Shown: in pieces, positions 22,715 to 34,975 of the stretch
Numbering within the stretch: the stretch's first letter is position 1
How the letters are laid out: each line of letters begins with the position of its first letter
NCBI GenBank assembly: GCA_963674595.2
Contig: CAXXFV010000027.1
Span: 32,001 to 96,000 of the forward strand
Direction: 5' to 3'
Origin: a bacterium
GTDB lineage: Bacteria > Zhuqueibacterota > Zhuqueibacteria > Residuimicrobiales > Krinioviventaceae
DNA: 64,000 nt
The notes under the pieces: generated by a model
Database searches by the model: none
What the model saw: only the letters and a program-made list of their open reading frames with translations
What the model was told of the DNA's origin: nothing
Translations under genes and position numbers: made by a program

Positions 22715-25123
22715 ATGGGTACTGACTATATACTAAACATATAACGATTTCAACAGCGAAAATATAGATATTGTCGGCGCCAAGGCATCCAGACTTGTAC
22801 AGTTAAAAAAAGCTGGATTTACTGTTCCGGACTTTTTTATTCTTTCCTTTTCATGCTTTCAGAAATTTTACAAATCAAACAGATATAAAAATAAAATTCC
22901 TAAAGAGCTAAGTTTAGATTCTCATCTAAAATTTCTTGATTTTGATAAAGACTCATCTTCAAAAATGCTGGCTGTACGCTCCTCAGCTTTAAACGAAGAC
23001 GGATCGGTTTTAACATTGGCCGGTCAATTTGACACAATACTTGGAATTAATAATATTTCAGGATTATGGCAGGGCATACATAAAGTCTGGCATTCTGTTG
23101 AAAACAAAAATGCACGCTGGTATTTAAAACACTTTAACTTTCGTCAGAAAAAGTCTAAAATGGCGGTCATTGTTCAGGACATGCTGCAAGCTGACTATGC
23201 CGGTGTAATTTTTACCAAACATCCCGTTCTTAGCGATCAAAATGAAATATTTGTAGAAATTACTCAAGGCGTTGGTGATAAGCTGGTTTCGCGGGCAGAT
23301 TGAACCTTTTCGGTTTACCATAAACAGGGATACTGAAAAGATTGATAACGACAGTAACATTGATCCCGATATTTTGAATTATTTTTCAAAAAATGGTCTT
23401 TTTCATGATCTTTATAAAACAGCTATGGATATTGAACATTTTTTTGAAGAAGCTCAGGACATTGAGTGGGCTGGTTAAAGACCAACAATTATTTATTCTT
23501 CAATCCCGGTCTATTCATTCTATAAAAAAGAAAAATACAATCGTTAAAGACAAAAAGGGAAAAATCTGGACGGATTATTTTTTTATAGAACGTTTTGTAG
23601 AAGGACTTTCCACCGCTTGGCTGGTCTGTTTTGGAAAAAAGCACTGTAAAAAATGCATTCAAGGAACCCTTGTGGTACCTTGGGTTTTGAAAAGGTGTTT
23701 AAATCCGGTAAAATTACCAAACTTTACAACGGAATGCCTTATACGGATATAAATGTATTTCAGAAACTCTATTCACCTGTACCTTTGTCGTTCATTTTCC
23801 GCTGATAAAATTCATTCATTACAACTTTTAAATAACAGAAAATCTTTTTTATCCGCTTTTTTTCCTTGTTTATATTTTGTTACAGTGCGAATGTTGTTTA
23901 AAGATTGGCAATGGTTGCCGGAAATTAATTTAAGAGAGTGGTATCGGTTTGTATCATCTTCAAATAAACTGATAAATAAATACCGTTCGGAAATCAGTCA
24001 TGATAAAAGTGTTTCAAAAAATGTTGAAATTATTGCCAAGTGTGAACAACTGAATGACCGTTTTCTGGCTGTTCATCGCTGGAGCATTACTTTTGCCGAT
24101 ATTTTTTATGTTCTTTTGCACAGTGTTCTCAAAAGGATTTTTCCGCAAAAAGAAAGTTTAAAGGCATTAAATGCCTTGTTAACCCGGTTTGGATAATTAT
24201 ACTATCCAGGCAAATAAACATTTATTAAAACTGGGCCGCACACCTGGGGACCGAACAGTTTGATGGTGAACAGGAAAAATTTTTACAAATTCATGGGCAT
24301 CGTTCGGAAAGTCTGGATATTGCCAAATCATCCTGGTATGATAACCCCAAAATGATCAAGAAATATCTAAAACATATTGATTTGGAGACAATGTCCTGCT
24401 TTTTAAACCGTTTTGATGAAAAATATAAAGAGCGCAGGGAATATGAAAAGAAAGCCCTGGTTGAAATAAAACAACTCAATATACTGCAACGATTGTATTT
24501 AACGCCGCTTTACCATATTGTTCTTCGGTACAGTCAGCAATTTACACTTTTGCGAGAAAACCAGCGAAACCAGTGGCATAAAATTTTATTTATCATTCGT
24601 CAGGCTGTTCTTAATATCGGACAAGAGCTTTTAAAAGAGGGTGTTATCAGCAATGTTGATGATCTGTTTTTTCTCACTCAAAAAGAACTTTTTCAACTTT
24701 GCATGGATAAAAAGATCGATTTTATACGGATCGAAAAGCGTAAACTAGTAACAAAAAATATTGACCAAAACGAAAAAACATTCAATTCACAACAAACAAT
24801 TGTCGGTGTTGGAGTTAGTCATGGTAAAAGTTTGGGTTTTGTACGTATTGTGCGGAATTTATCCGAGGCATCTGAAGTACAGCCCGGAGAAATTTTAGTG
24901 GCCCCCGTCCGCAGACCCTTCCTGGTCTCCGTTATTTGCTGTTATATCCGGTTTGATTCTTGAAAAAGGTGGTGTTTTATCACATGCTTCCGTTGTGGCC
25001 CGTGAATTTGGTTTGCCGGCCATTACAAGCGTTGAAAATGCCACACATGTATTAAAAAATGGTGATTATATTTCTATTGATGGTGATAAAGGTACCATTG
25101 AATTAAAGGACAAAGCTGCATGA
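22715..25123 (+). CDS. PEP-utilising enzyme (PEP-synthase/rifampicin-phosphotransferase-like: ATP-grasp, middle and His-swivel domains), multiple indels
   Basis: VGAKASRL...[18 protein letters not shown]...[14 protein letters not shown]...[26 protein letters not shown], and unlisted C-terminal [20 protein letters not shown]; stop overlaps next ATG. Confidence 0.8.
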
Positions 25124-27440
25124 ACATTGATCAAATTATCGACGTACTGCAAAGAGATGAAAAGTTTTTATCCTGCGTAACACGATGGGAAAAAATTCCG
25201 GCCCAAGAAGCCCGGTTTCGTGATTTCCCGGAAAGCATTGATCCTCGACTTGCAGCAGCCTTTTACAAACATGGCATCAAACAGCTCTATACACACCAGG
25301 AACAATCCATAAAAAATATTCTCAATAAAAAGAATACGGTTATTGTTACACCTACGGCATCGGGGAAAACACTTTGTTATAACATTCCTGTTTTAAATGA
25401 AATTTTAAAAAATGAAGCGGCACGGGCCTTGTACCATGTTTCCCACCAAAGCTTTGGCCCAGGACCAGTTGGTGGAATTACAACGTGTTGTTGATTTATT
25501 GGAAGGTTCCATTTCTTTTGATATAAAGACCTATACTTTTGACGGCGATACACCGCAAACAGCGCGAAAAAGCATCCGCAGTTCGGGGCACATTGTTGTT
25601 ACCAATCCGGATATGCTGCATAGCGGTATTTTACCGCACCATACCTTATGGGTAAAGAGCTTTTTGAAAATTTAAAATATATTGTTATAGACGAAATTCA
25701 TAATTACCGGAGGCGTTTTTTGGAAGCCATTTGGCAAATGTTCTGCGCAGATTGAAACGCATTTGCACTTTTTATAATAGCAATCCTATTTTTATTTGCT
25801 GTTCCGCAACAATTGCCAATCCTGCTGAATTGGCGGAATCTTTAACAGGCGAACCGGTACAGTTGGTTGATGAAAACGGGGCACCTCGCGGCGAAAAAAC
25901 ATTTTATTCTTTACAATCCGCCGGTTATTAACCGCGAATTGGGTATCCGGCGTTCCTATATTAAAGAAACCCAGCGCATTGCCGCTAAATTTATCACCCA
26001 AATGCAGCAAACTATTGTTTTTGTCCGATCTCGTATGAGTACTGAAATTTTATTAACCTATCTTAAAAAACACCATGCGTTCCTTTAAAAAATCTTCCCG
26101 TCTGGTGCGTGGTTACCGGGGGAGGATACTTGCCATTGCAGCGCCGGGAAATTGAACGCGGTTTACGCGATGGATCCATTATCGGCGTTGTCAGCACGAA
26201 TGCTCTTGAGTTGGGTATTGATATCGGTCAATTACAGGTCTGTGTTATTGCCGGTTATCCGGGCACAGTAGCCAGTACCCTGCAACAGGCCGGCAGGGGC
26301 AGGGCGTCGTCTCGGTGCGTCCGTATCCGTTCTTGTCGCGTCATCATCACCATTGGACCAGTATATAATTTCTAATCCTGAATACATTCTTGGCAAGTCG
26401 CCGGAAGCCGGTATTGTCGATCCTGATAATCTACTTATCCTGCTTAGTCATATAAAATGTGCGGCCTTTGAATTGCCTTTTACTTCTACAGAAAAATTCG
26501 GATTAAAGTTTAACGGATCCGGTGGATTGGACGCCACATTCGAAATTCTTGAATATCTGGAAGAGATGAATGTCATCCACCAGGCCAATGACAAATACCA
26601 CTGGATGGCGGAGACCTATCCGGCTGAAGCAGTCAGCTTGCGAAGTGCGGCTGAAGAAAACATTGTCATTATCGACAAAACCGAACCTAAAGAAAAAGTC
26701 ATCGGTGAAATTGATCTGTTTGCCGCACAATTAATGGTACACGATGAAGCTATTTATATCCACGAGGGCCAGCAGTTTCATGTAGATAAATTGGACTGGG
26801 AACGCAAAAAAGCATACATTCATAAAGTAAATGTCGATTATTATACGGATGCTCAGCTAAAATCCAACCTCAAGGTTTTGGAAGAATTTGAACAAAAAGA
26901 CGATTCAAAAGGGGGGAGGTTCGGTTATGGAGAAGTCGTGGTTACCAGTTTGGCGACCATGTATAAAAAAGTTAAATTCAATACTCATGAAAATGTCGGT
27001 GTGGGGAAAAATCAGCCTTCCGGAACTCGAACTTCACACCATGTCATTTTGGTATAGCTTTACAGATGATATTGCCCGGGAATTGGAATTGGATGAGCAG
27101 CAACTGGGAGACGGACTCAAAAGGCTTGGCCCATGTTTTATCTCATGTTGTTCCGTTGTATGTGATGGGAGATCCGCGTGACTTTTCATCTCTGCCGATG
27201 GTCCGCTCGCCTCTCTGGGAAAGGTCTACAGTGTTTATATGGGAACAATATCCGGGTGGTGTTGGTTTTAGTAAAAAATTATTTCATATTTTTCCTCAGG
27301 TATGTCGTTCCGCTATTGATTTGATTAAAGACTGCCAATGTAAAAACGGATGCCCTTCCTGTGTTGGGCCGACATTGGAGGCAGGTGAATTTAGTAAAAT
27401 AACAGCTATAAAATTACTAGAGCATATTATTTCCGAATAA
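25120..27440 (+). CDS. DEAD/DEAH helicase with DUF1998 (MrfA/YprA/Hrq family), multiple indels
   Basis: [72 protein letters not shown]. Confidence 0.9.
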
Positions 27441-27453
27441 AAGATAACGTAAC

Positions 27454-28699
27454 GTGTCTTCCATAAAATCGAAATTATACGAGTTAAACAAAAACCAGAC
27501 TGGTTTTTCTCCCCCCAAAAGAAAAAATCCAACCTAATGAAAATTCTCATGTTATAGATGCTGTATTGTACTCCAACAAGTTTGGAGAATATCTGGTTCG
27601 TGAAAAAAAGTTTCTTGTTTCCTATAATCACGGTGTGCCTCTGGCAAGACTTTTTCACTGTAAATCCAAAAGAAATTGCCATTGCTTCACGGGACATGTC
27701 TTATACCGAGATGGACTCGAACTGCATTTTTATCGATACGGAAACAACAGGGCTGGCAGGGGGAACCGGTACATACGTGTTTTTAGTTGGTGTCGGCTTT
27801 TTCCAGGACAATTCTTTTCTAGTCAGACAATTTCTTTTAAAAAGTCCTGCTGATGAACAGGGCATTTGTCGAGGCGCTTGCTGAATTTTTTAAGGACAAG
27901 AACACGTTTATATCGTTTAACGGCAAATCCTACGATATTCCGCTTTTAAAAACGCGGTTTGTTTTGAATAAAACAGATATTTTTGAAACGCAACACCATT
28001 TGGATCTTTTATTTATTTCGGCGCAGACTGTGGCGAAAATCAATCGGGTCATGCTCATTATCCAATCTGGAACAGGCCGTACTGGGTTTTAAAAGAGAAA
28101 ATGATATTCCCGGCCATGAAATCCCGGAAATCTATTTTAATTTTTTAAAAACAAACGACTATCTGCCTTTAAAATCCGTTTTGCAGCATAATGTGATTGA
28201 TATCCTGAGCATGGTTTCCCTGACGACGGTTATTTGCCGGTTTATTTCTATGGAAAACCAGGATTTGGATAAAGTCGACGTGCTGAATTTAATGAAATTA
28301 TTTCATGAATTAAAACTTAACAAGGACATCTCCACTGCTTCCGCTAAAATTCCCAAAGACCATGATGATATAATACCGTTGCTGTTACTCAAAGCAAAAA
28401 GTTATAAACAAAACATGAAATATGACCTGGCCGAACAGATATGGCTGGAAATTATAGAAAACCATGCCAGGTTCGAACCTGAACCTTATATAGAACTGGC
28501 AAAATATTATGAACATAAAATACGAGCTTATGATAAAGCGCTCGATATTATTGACCGTATTTTGAAACGGATTGATATCCTTTTTGAATTAAGACCCAAT
28601 TCTATTATTAAAGAACACCGTAAAGAGCTTTTGCATCGAAAACAACGCGTTTTGGCAAAACAACAAAAAGTAAAAATGGAGAATAATATTGACACATAA
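27454..28699 (+). CDS. RNase_H_2 (DnaQ-like) exonuclease with C-terminal TPR-like region (MrfB/YprB family), multiple indels
   Basis: FIDTETTGLAGGTGT, SFNGKSYDIP, HLDL, SLSNLEQ...R-ENDIPG, HNVIDILS, IELAKYYEH; GTG start 27454 inferred. Confidence 0.88.
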
Positions 28700-29876
28700 A
28701 TTATACCAACAAGACAGTTATATATCAAGTTTTTCAGCAGACATTTTAGAACGAAAAATTATCAACAATCAACCGGCCGTACTTTTGGACAAAACTGCCT
28801 TTTATCCGACATCCGGCGGACAAATGAATGACAGAGGCAGGATCGATGATATTAATGTCCTTGACGTTATTATTGAGGATGATAATATCTGGCATGTGCT
28901 TGAAAAGGAGTTGACAGACAAAAATCGCGTTGAATGTAACATAGACTGGCCGCGTCGTTTTGATTTTATGCAGCAGCACACCGGTTTTCATATTTTAGCA
29001 CAATCTTTTTTGAGAACTTTAAGTGCGGAAACTGTTTCTTCTCATCTGGGTGAAGGAATGAGCACCATTGATGTGAATATTGATAACATCTCCTGGGATG
29101 CTGTTGAAAAAGTAGAAACATTATCAAACTCTGTGATATGGGAAAACAGGCCGGTACACATCGTTTGGGCCGATGAAAAGGACCTGGATAACCCGATGCT
29201 GCGAAAAGTACCGGAAAACCATGCAAAACCACGATTAATCGAAATAGAAAATTTCGATCTTGATCCCTGCGGCGGTACCCATGTCTCGCTAACAGGTCAA
29301 GTCGGACTTGTTAAAATCCTCAGTTTTGAACGAATTCGGGGATACCTGCGTTTTAACTTTGTGGCCGGTGAGAGGGCGGTCAGTACATTTCGTAAATATT
29401 TTAACGATATGCAATCCTTGTGTAAAATAATGACAACCGGTCCGGATGAAATTGTAGACAGTATCTATAAACTTTTCGTTGATTATAAATCATTATTTAA
29501 GCAAAATCAGGATCTGGAAAAAACGATTAATGATTTTTATACTAAAGGGTTGCTTGAGCAAGCACAGGAAAGTTCGGTAATATATTCAATTATTCCCAAT
29601 AAGAATATTGACGCTTTAAGAAAAATGGCCGGTGCGCTTGTAAAACAAAGTTCATCTGTTTTTCTGCTGGGATCCAATGATGAAAAAGCAGCTGTTGTGT
29701 TTGCCAGCGCTCGTAACGATTTAAACCTTAAAGACATATTTACCGAAACCATGGATTGTATTAACGGACGGGGAGGAGGCTCGCCAAATTTTTTACAAGG
29801 CGGAGGAACCGATGTTGAAAAGTTGGATGAGGCTTTGATAAATGCTCAAAAAGCAATTCTTGATATGATAAATTAA
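28689..29876 (+). CDS. AlaX-type Ser/Gly-tRNA(Ala) editing protein with DHHA1 domain
   Basis: TAFYPTSGGQ, MQQHTGFHIL, PCGGTHV, GRGGGSPNFLQGG. Confidence 0.9.
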   Translation: MTHKLYQQDSYISSFSADILERKIINNQPAVLLDKTAFYPTSGGQMNDRGRIDDINVLDVIIEDDNIWHVLEKELTDKNRVECNIDWPRRFDFMQQHTGFHILAQSFLRTLSAETVSSHLGEGMSTIDVNIDNISWDAVEKVETLSNSVIWENRPVHIVWADEKDLDNPMLRKVPENHAKPRLIEIENFDLDPCGGTHVSLTGQVGLVKILSFERIRGYLRFNFVAGERAVSTFRKYFNDMQSLCKIMTTGPDEIVDSIYKLFVDYKSLFKQNQDLEKTINDFYTKGLLEQAQESSVIYSIIPNKNIDALRKMAGALVKQSSSVFLLGSNDEKAAVVFASARNDLNLKDIFTETMDCINGRGGGSPNFLQGGGTDVEKLDEALINAQKAILDMIN

Positions 29877-29932
29877 GTCTTTATTCTTTATGAACCAATT
29901 TCATAAAATTTCTTAACCTTTCCGGAGGAACA

Positions 29933-30889
29933 ATGAACAAAACAGTGCTCCTGATAATATCCTTAATGTTATCCCTGACAACAAATCCAATTTGGGCGCA
30001 AAATCAATCCAAAGCAAAAATTGCCCTAGTTCAACTGGAACAGCTAAAGGAACAAAATCCGGATGCCTACATCAAAGCATCTTTGAATGCAATTGACAGC
30101 GCCGGAGCATTGCAGCCGGATTTGATTGTTCTTCCTGAAGCCGTCAACTATGGACCGGGTATTGACCTGCAATATGAGGACGTTGCAATTTCTCTGGAAA
30201 GTGAAACAATTAAAAAGGTGCAATTGCTGGCTGAAAAGTATCAAACCTATATTATTTATTGTTTTATAGAAAAAAATGATACGGATATTTTTAATACCGC
30301 CGCACTGTTCAATCGATCAGGAGAATTAGAGGGAGTCTATCATAAAACTCATGAACCAAGGGCCGTATTAGAGTCTCAAAAAATTACTCTGGGAGATTCT
30401 TTCCCTGTATTTAAAACGGATTTTGGCCGTATTGGAATATTAATTTGTTATGACACCATCACACCGGAGCCGGCGCAGATTTACAGTCTTTTGGGCGCTG
30501 ATATGATTGTTTTTCCGCATCTTATTTCTATTATGGGAAGAGGTGACAAATTTGCAATTCGCACCCGAACCAGAGCTTTGGACGCATGTGTTCACATCGC
30601 TTCCTGCGGCTGGGCACGACCTTTTGATGAGGGTGAACCTGGCCCTGTTTCTGCGACATGTTTTATTGACTTTAAAGGAGATGTTATTGCCCAGGCAGAC
30701 AAGGCAAAAATGGACATCGTAATGGTTGAGATGGATATTACAGAACCCTATATTACTGAAAATTTGGGTGTTTATGGAAAAGCTGAGTGGAAAAAAGTTT
30801 ATTGGGAAGAACGACGCCCGCATTTGTACAAGTTGTTAACGGAAGACAATTTAAACCGTAAAAATTGGGTTGATAAAAAAAATTATTGA
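29933..30889 (+). CDS. Secreted carbon-nitrogen hydrolase (nitrilase superfamily)
   Basis: Signal peptide (IWA-Q); E-K-C triad LPEA, YHKTH, ICYD; ERRPHLY. Confidence 0.88.
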   Translation: MNKTVLLIISLMLSLTTNPIWAQNQSKAKIALVQLEQLKEQNPDAYIKASLNAIDSAGALQPDLIVLPEAVNYGPGIDLQYEDVAISLESETIKKVQLLAEKYQTYIIYCFIEKNDTDIFNTAALFNRSGELEGVYHKTHEPRAVLESQKITLGDSFPVFKTDFGRIGILICYDTITPEPAQIYSLLGADMIVFPHLISIMGRGDKFAIRTRTRALDACVHIASCGWARPFDEGEPGPVSATCFIDFKGDVIAQADKAKMDIVMVEMDITEPYITENLGVYGKAEWKKVYWEERRPHLYKLLTEDNLNRKNWVDKKNY

Positions 30890-30898
30890 GGTGCCAAT

Positions 30899-32245
30899 AT
30901 GCCATTTTCCAGAAGAAATTTTTTAAAATCGGTTGCCTTAAATAGTCTGATATTTACAGGAGCAGGCCATCTTGATCTTTATGGACAAACGCCTCCGGAA
31001 AATAAAGATGTGAAACACTGGGACGTTATTGTTGTCGGTGGCGGTCCTGGTGGTGTACCGGCCGCCGTTGCTGCAGCACGAAACGGAGCCCGGGTTTTGC
31101 TTATTGAAAGGTACGGATTTCTGGGTGGTATGGCAACATCAGCCCTTGTCCATCCTTATATGAAATATAACGCAGGCGATCAAATTATTATTCAGGGACT
31201 TTTTAAGGAATTCCTGGATATTTTGGAGGAAAACGGGGCTTTGTTACCGGACCGCAGGACATTTGATGTCGAATCCATGAAATGGCTTCTTGATCGATTT
31301 GTTTTGGACTCGAATGTTGATCTTTTATTACACACATCTGCGATTGGGGTCTTTCATAAAGATAATCAAATCAAAGCTGTAAAAGTTTATCACAAGGGCG
31401 GCGTTGAAGATCTGAGTGCTGATTTTTTTATAGACGCCACCGGTGACGGAGATATTGCCGCATGGGCCGGTTCAAAAATAGAAATCGGACGCGATAGTGA
31501 TCATGCTGTTCAACCGATGACAACCTGTTTTCGTATGGCAAATGTTGAAATCGATAAAATACCAGAATCAGGTGAAATAAATAAATTATATGATAAAGCC
31601 AAAGCAAACGGTGAAATTGAAAATCCCCGTGAAAATGTATTGAAATTTAAAACCGTTCATCCGGATGTTGTGCATTTCAACACAACACGGATTATCGGCA
31701 AGTCCGCATTAGATGGATGGGAACTAACTCAAGCTGAATGTGAAGGACGAAGGCAGGTTGAGCAAATGGTGAGTTTTTTAAAGAAATATATTTCCGGTTT
31801 TGAACAATCCTATCTTTCCAAAATTGCCGCACAAATAGGTATTCGTGAATCAAGAAGAGTTATTGGGGAATACATTTTAACAGGTGAGGATGTTATAAAA
31901 GCGCGCCATTTTAAAGACGCTATAGCCTGTGCTTCTTATGATATTGATATACATAATCCATCGGGTACCGGGACAGTCATTCGTCGTTTGGAACCAGGAA
32001 CCTATTATCAAATTCCATATCGATGTTTGCTGCCGTTAAATATCGATAACTGTATTGTTGCATCCAGATGTATTTCCGCCACTCATGAAGCACATTCTTC
32101 TTTACGTGTTCAACCGATTGTTTGGGCATTGGGGCAGGCAGCAGGAATTGCTGCCGCCATTTGTATGCAAAGAAATATAATTCCTAAAAATGTAGATATA
32201 AACGAATTACAAAAAACATTAACAGATCAGGGAGCGTTTTTATAA
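30899..32245 (+). CDS. Tat-exported FAD-dependent oxidoreductase (FAD_oxidored family)
   Basis: SRRNFLK; GGGPGG; IDATGDGD; GIRESRR; YQIPYRCL; AHSSLRV. Confidence 0.88.
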   Translation: MPFSRRNFLKSVALNSLIFTGAGHLDLYGQTPPENKDVKHWDVIVVGGGPGGVPAAVAAARNGARVLLIERYGFLGGMATSALVHPYMKYNAGDQIIIQGLFKEFLDILEENGALLPDRRTFDVESMKWLLDRFVLDSNVDLLLHTSAIGVFHKDNQIKAVKVYHKGGVEDLSADFFIDATGDGDIAAWAGSKIEIGRDSDHAVQPMTTCFRMANVEIDKIPESGEINKLYDKAKANGEIENPRENVLKFKTVHPDVVHFNTTRIIGKSALDGWELTQAECEGRRQVEQMVSFLKKYISGFEQSYLSKIAAQIGIRESRRVIGEYILTGEDVIKARHFKDAIACASYDIDIHNPSGTGTVIRRLEPGTYYQIPYRCLLPLNIDNCIVASRCISATHEAHSSLRVQPIVWALGQAAGIAAAICMQRNIIPKNVDINELQKTLTDQGAFL

Positions 32246-32253
32246 ATAAATAT

Positions 32254-34347
32254 TTACTCATAGACCACAACAGAACAGGCTTCGTTTTGCTTAACACTTT
32301 TGATATTGTTTTCTATGGCATTGAATAATATTTCTTTCCGTATCGGTTTTGTTATATAATCATCCATTCCGGCATCCAGACATTTTTCACGGTCACCTGT
32401 CATAGCGTGTGCCGTCATGGCAATTATGGGCAGATGTTTATTCTTTTGTTTCATAATCTCCCGGATGATCCGGGTTGCTTCCAATCCGTCCATTTCCGGC
32501 ATTTGAACGTCCATGAGAACAAGATCAACATCATTTTTTTGTGAAGCTTTGACAGCTTCCAACCCATTATTTACAGAAAGTACGGAATAACCTCTTTTTG
32601 TCAAGAGTGTTTCCGCCAGCTTTTTATTTATAGCATTATCTTCTGCTAATAAAATTTTAATATTTTTTGAATTTGTTTCAAAATTTGATTCCGTTTTTTC
32701 CATTAGCCTGGAATTTGACTGAATTTTATGAAATTGATTGGAATTTGTTTTATCTTTACTAATTTTGATAATATGCTTGAATAATTCCGTCCTGCAAAAT
32801 GGTTTTTCGATATAATAATTCAAATTATATCGTGAACATTTGTAAATTTCTGATTTCCGTTTCGAAGAAGCAAGCATTAATAAGATAGGATAATTCCAAC
32901 CATATTTTTTGCGCAATAAATTTGTTAAATGGAAACCATCAAGACCTGCCATAGTAGAATCAATCAGTGCCAAATTATACTTTTTAAAAGCTTCGGTGTC
33001 GGATTCAAAAAAGTCAATGGCTTCCTGATAATTTTTAAGGATTTTATTTTTAATGCCAAAACTATTCAAATGTTTTTCAATGAGACATGAATGCATTTCA
33101 TGATCATCAATAATGAGAGCAGAAATAAACCCCATATCAAAATATGGGGTTTGTGAAAATACAAATTTTTGCTTTTTCATTCGGCATGGAATTGTAAAAG
33201 AAAAACGTGTGCCGGGACCATCCTGGCTGTTATCAAAAACAGGACTTTTTACATAGATTTTTCCATTCATCATATTTACAAGCTTGTTGCAGATCGTTAA
33301 ACCCAGCCCTGTTCCGCCAAATTTACGGGTTGTAGAGTTGTCACCCTGATTAAATGCCGAAAAAATATTTTCCTGTTTTTCTTTGGGTATACCAATTCCT
33401 GTATCTGTAACAGAATATTTAAGAGTAACACGGTTCCCGTCATGAGATTCTTTTTTCAATCTCAGTATAACATAACCATTCGTCGTAAACTTTATCGCAT
33501 TACTCAATAAATTAAGAATAATTTGTCTGGTCCTGCTCGGGTCTCCGATAATGAGGTCAGGGACATCAGAATCTATATCAACCAACAGTTCAATGCCTTT
33601 TGCGGCCGCTGAGAGCCCGACAATTTTTAAAGCGCCGTTTGTAATACTGCGAATACTGAAATCTATAGTTTCAAGATGTAATTTGCCGGCCTCAATTTTT
33701 GAAAAATCCAAAATATCATTAATTACAGTCAATAATGCATCGGCAGACACGTTTATGGCATCCAGATATTTATATTGATTTTGTGTCAATTGCGTTTCAG
33801 CCATTAAATCTGCCATACCAATAATACCATTAAGAGGCGTGCGTATTTCATGGCTCATATTGGCCAAAAATTCACTTTTAGCCTTATTGGCGTATAATGC
33901 TTCATCTTTGATTTTTTCAATCTCAACACTCGTTTTTTTAATATCCTGTATTTTGCAAGTCAATTCTGTTACATCTTCAACAGTGCATAATGCATTAAAT
34001 TCGCCATTATTATTTCCCGGGATTGACGTTAAAGTAACATTTTGATATCGTTGTTGCCCATTAAATAATAGTGAAGGGAACAAATATTTATGTAAATGAG
34101 AAGAAAAAGTAAGCGGAGGACCGCCGGCCAAAACAGTTTCTATTCGGCTTGTATATTTTAGTTTTCCCAGGTGTGGAAATTTTTCACGAATATCTGTATT
34201 TAAAATTTCCTCTTTATAGATTCCTGTCCAATGTTCCAGACATCTGTTCCAAAAAAGTACTTTAAAATCCTGACCTATTACACACATTCCAATTGGAGAA
34301 TAATCAAGGATAGAGTATTGATTTTCCAGCAAATTTTTATCATCCAT
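32254..34347 (-). CDS. Cytoplasmic PAS hybrid sensor histidine kinase with two receiver domains
   Basis: PAS (WNRCLEHWTG), FLANMSHEIRTPLN, NLLSNAIKFT, GGTGLGL, degenerate REC, then LAEDN...MDVQMP...KP. Confidence 0.93.
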   Translation of the reverse strand: MDDKNLLENQYSILDYSPIGMCVIGQDFKVLFWNRCLEHWTGIYKEEILNTDIREKFPHLGKLKYTSRIETVLAGGPPLTFSSHLHKYLFPSLLFNGQQRYQNVTLTSIPGNNNGEFNALCTVEDVTELTCKIQDIKKTSVEIEKIKDEALYANKAKSEFLANMSHEIRTPLNGIIGMADLMAETQLTQNQYKYLDAINVSADALLTVINDILDFSKIEAGKLHLETIDFSIRSITNGALKIVGLSAAAKGIELLVDIDSDVPDLIIGDPSRTRQIILNLLSNAIKFTTNGYVILRLKKESHDGNRVTLKYSVTDTGIGIPKEKQENIFSAFNQGDNSTTRKFGGTGLGLTICNKLVNMMNGKIYVKSPVFDNSQDGPGTRFSFTIPCRMKKQKFVFSQTPYFDMGFISALIIDDHEMHSCLIEKHLNSFGIKNKILKNYQEAIDFFESDTEAFKKYNLALIDSTMAGLDGFHLTNLLRKKYGWNYPILLMLASSKRKSEIYKCSRYNLNYYIEKPFCRTELFKHIIKISKDKTNSNQFHKIQSNSRLMEKTESNFETNSKNIKILLAEDNAINKKLAETLLTKRGYSVLSVNNGLEAVKASQKNDVDLVLMDVQMPEMDGLEATRIIREIMKQKNKHLPIIAMTAHAMTGDREKCLDAGMDDYITKPIRKEILFNAIENNIKSVKQNEACSVVVYE

Positions 34348-34359
34348 TTGATTAAGCTC

Positions 34360-34962
34360 CTAATTCATATCAAAAATATCGACAGCTTCCAATAGCTTAT
34401 CAAATGATCCGACTTCAAGAAAAAGTACGATATCTCCATTAACAGCCAGTTTTTCAATTTTAAATTGGGCCCTGGCCATTATAATTCTCACATTTGAAAA
34501 ATTTTTGCTCGAAGGCAATATTTCTCTTATAAAACCATCTATATAATTTGGAACAGTATAATTTAAATTAAATTTAAGCAGATTGCTTAGAGATCCCATA
34601 ACAGCATTTAAAACCACATTGCCAATTTCACAAAGAGCTCCTGCACGAATAGAATCCATATCTTCGCTATCTGATTCTTCACCCGCAAAAATATCAATAA
34701 GTTTAACAGCGCTTTCCGAGGGGAAAATAAGCTGTGCATTCCCTGTTAAATTTCCCTTAAAAGGAAGATTAACTGTGGATAATTTTTTTCCATCGTGAAT
34801 GCCGATTTCTTCTTCCAATTGTAGAGGTGTTAATATTTTAATAAAAGGTACGGTCAATATAATAGGAGAGTCAATCATTGTGTTAAGAACACTTGCCCCT
34901 TTTCCGATTCCAATGTTTATTAATTCTGTAATAATATCCAGCTGTTTCAGAGTAGGTATCAT
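34360..34962 (-). CDS. CheC-family phosphatase
   Basis: Two ExxN motifs: ELINIG and EIGNVV. Confidence 0.85.
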   Translation of the reverse strand: MIPTLKQLDIITELINIGIGKGASVLNTMIDSPIILTVPFIKILTPLQLEEEIGIHDGKKLSTVNLPFKGNLTGNAQLIFPSESAVKLIDIFAGEESDSEDMDSIRAGALCEIGNVVLNAVMGSLSNLLKFNLNYTVPNYIDGFIREILPSSKNFSNVRIIMARAQFKIEKLAVNGDIVLFLEVGSFDKLLEAVDIFDMN

Positions 34963-34975
34963 AGGTCACAATCCA

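Noticed and set aside
25120-28699. DUF1998 helicase as a DISARM/Druantia-type defence system
   Set aside because: Partner is an RNase_H_2 exonuclease as in MrfAB; no methylase, PLD nuclease or other defence genes nearby
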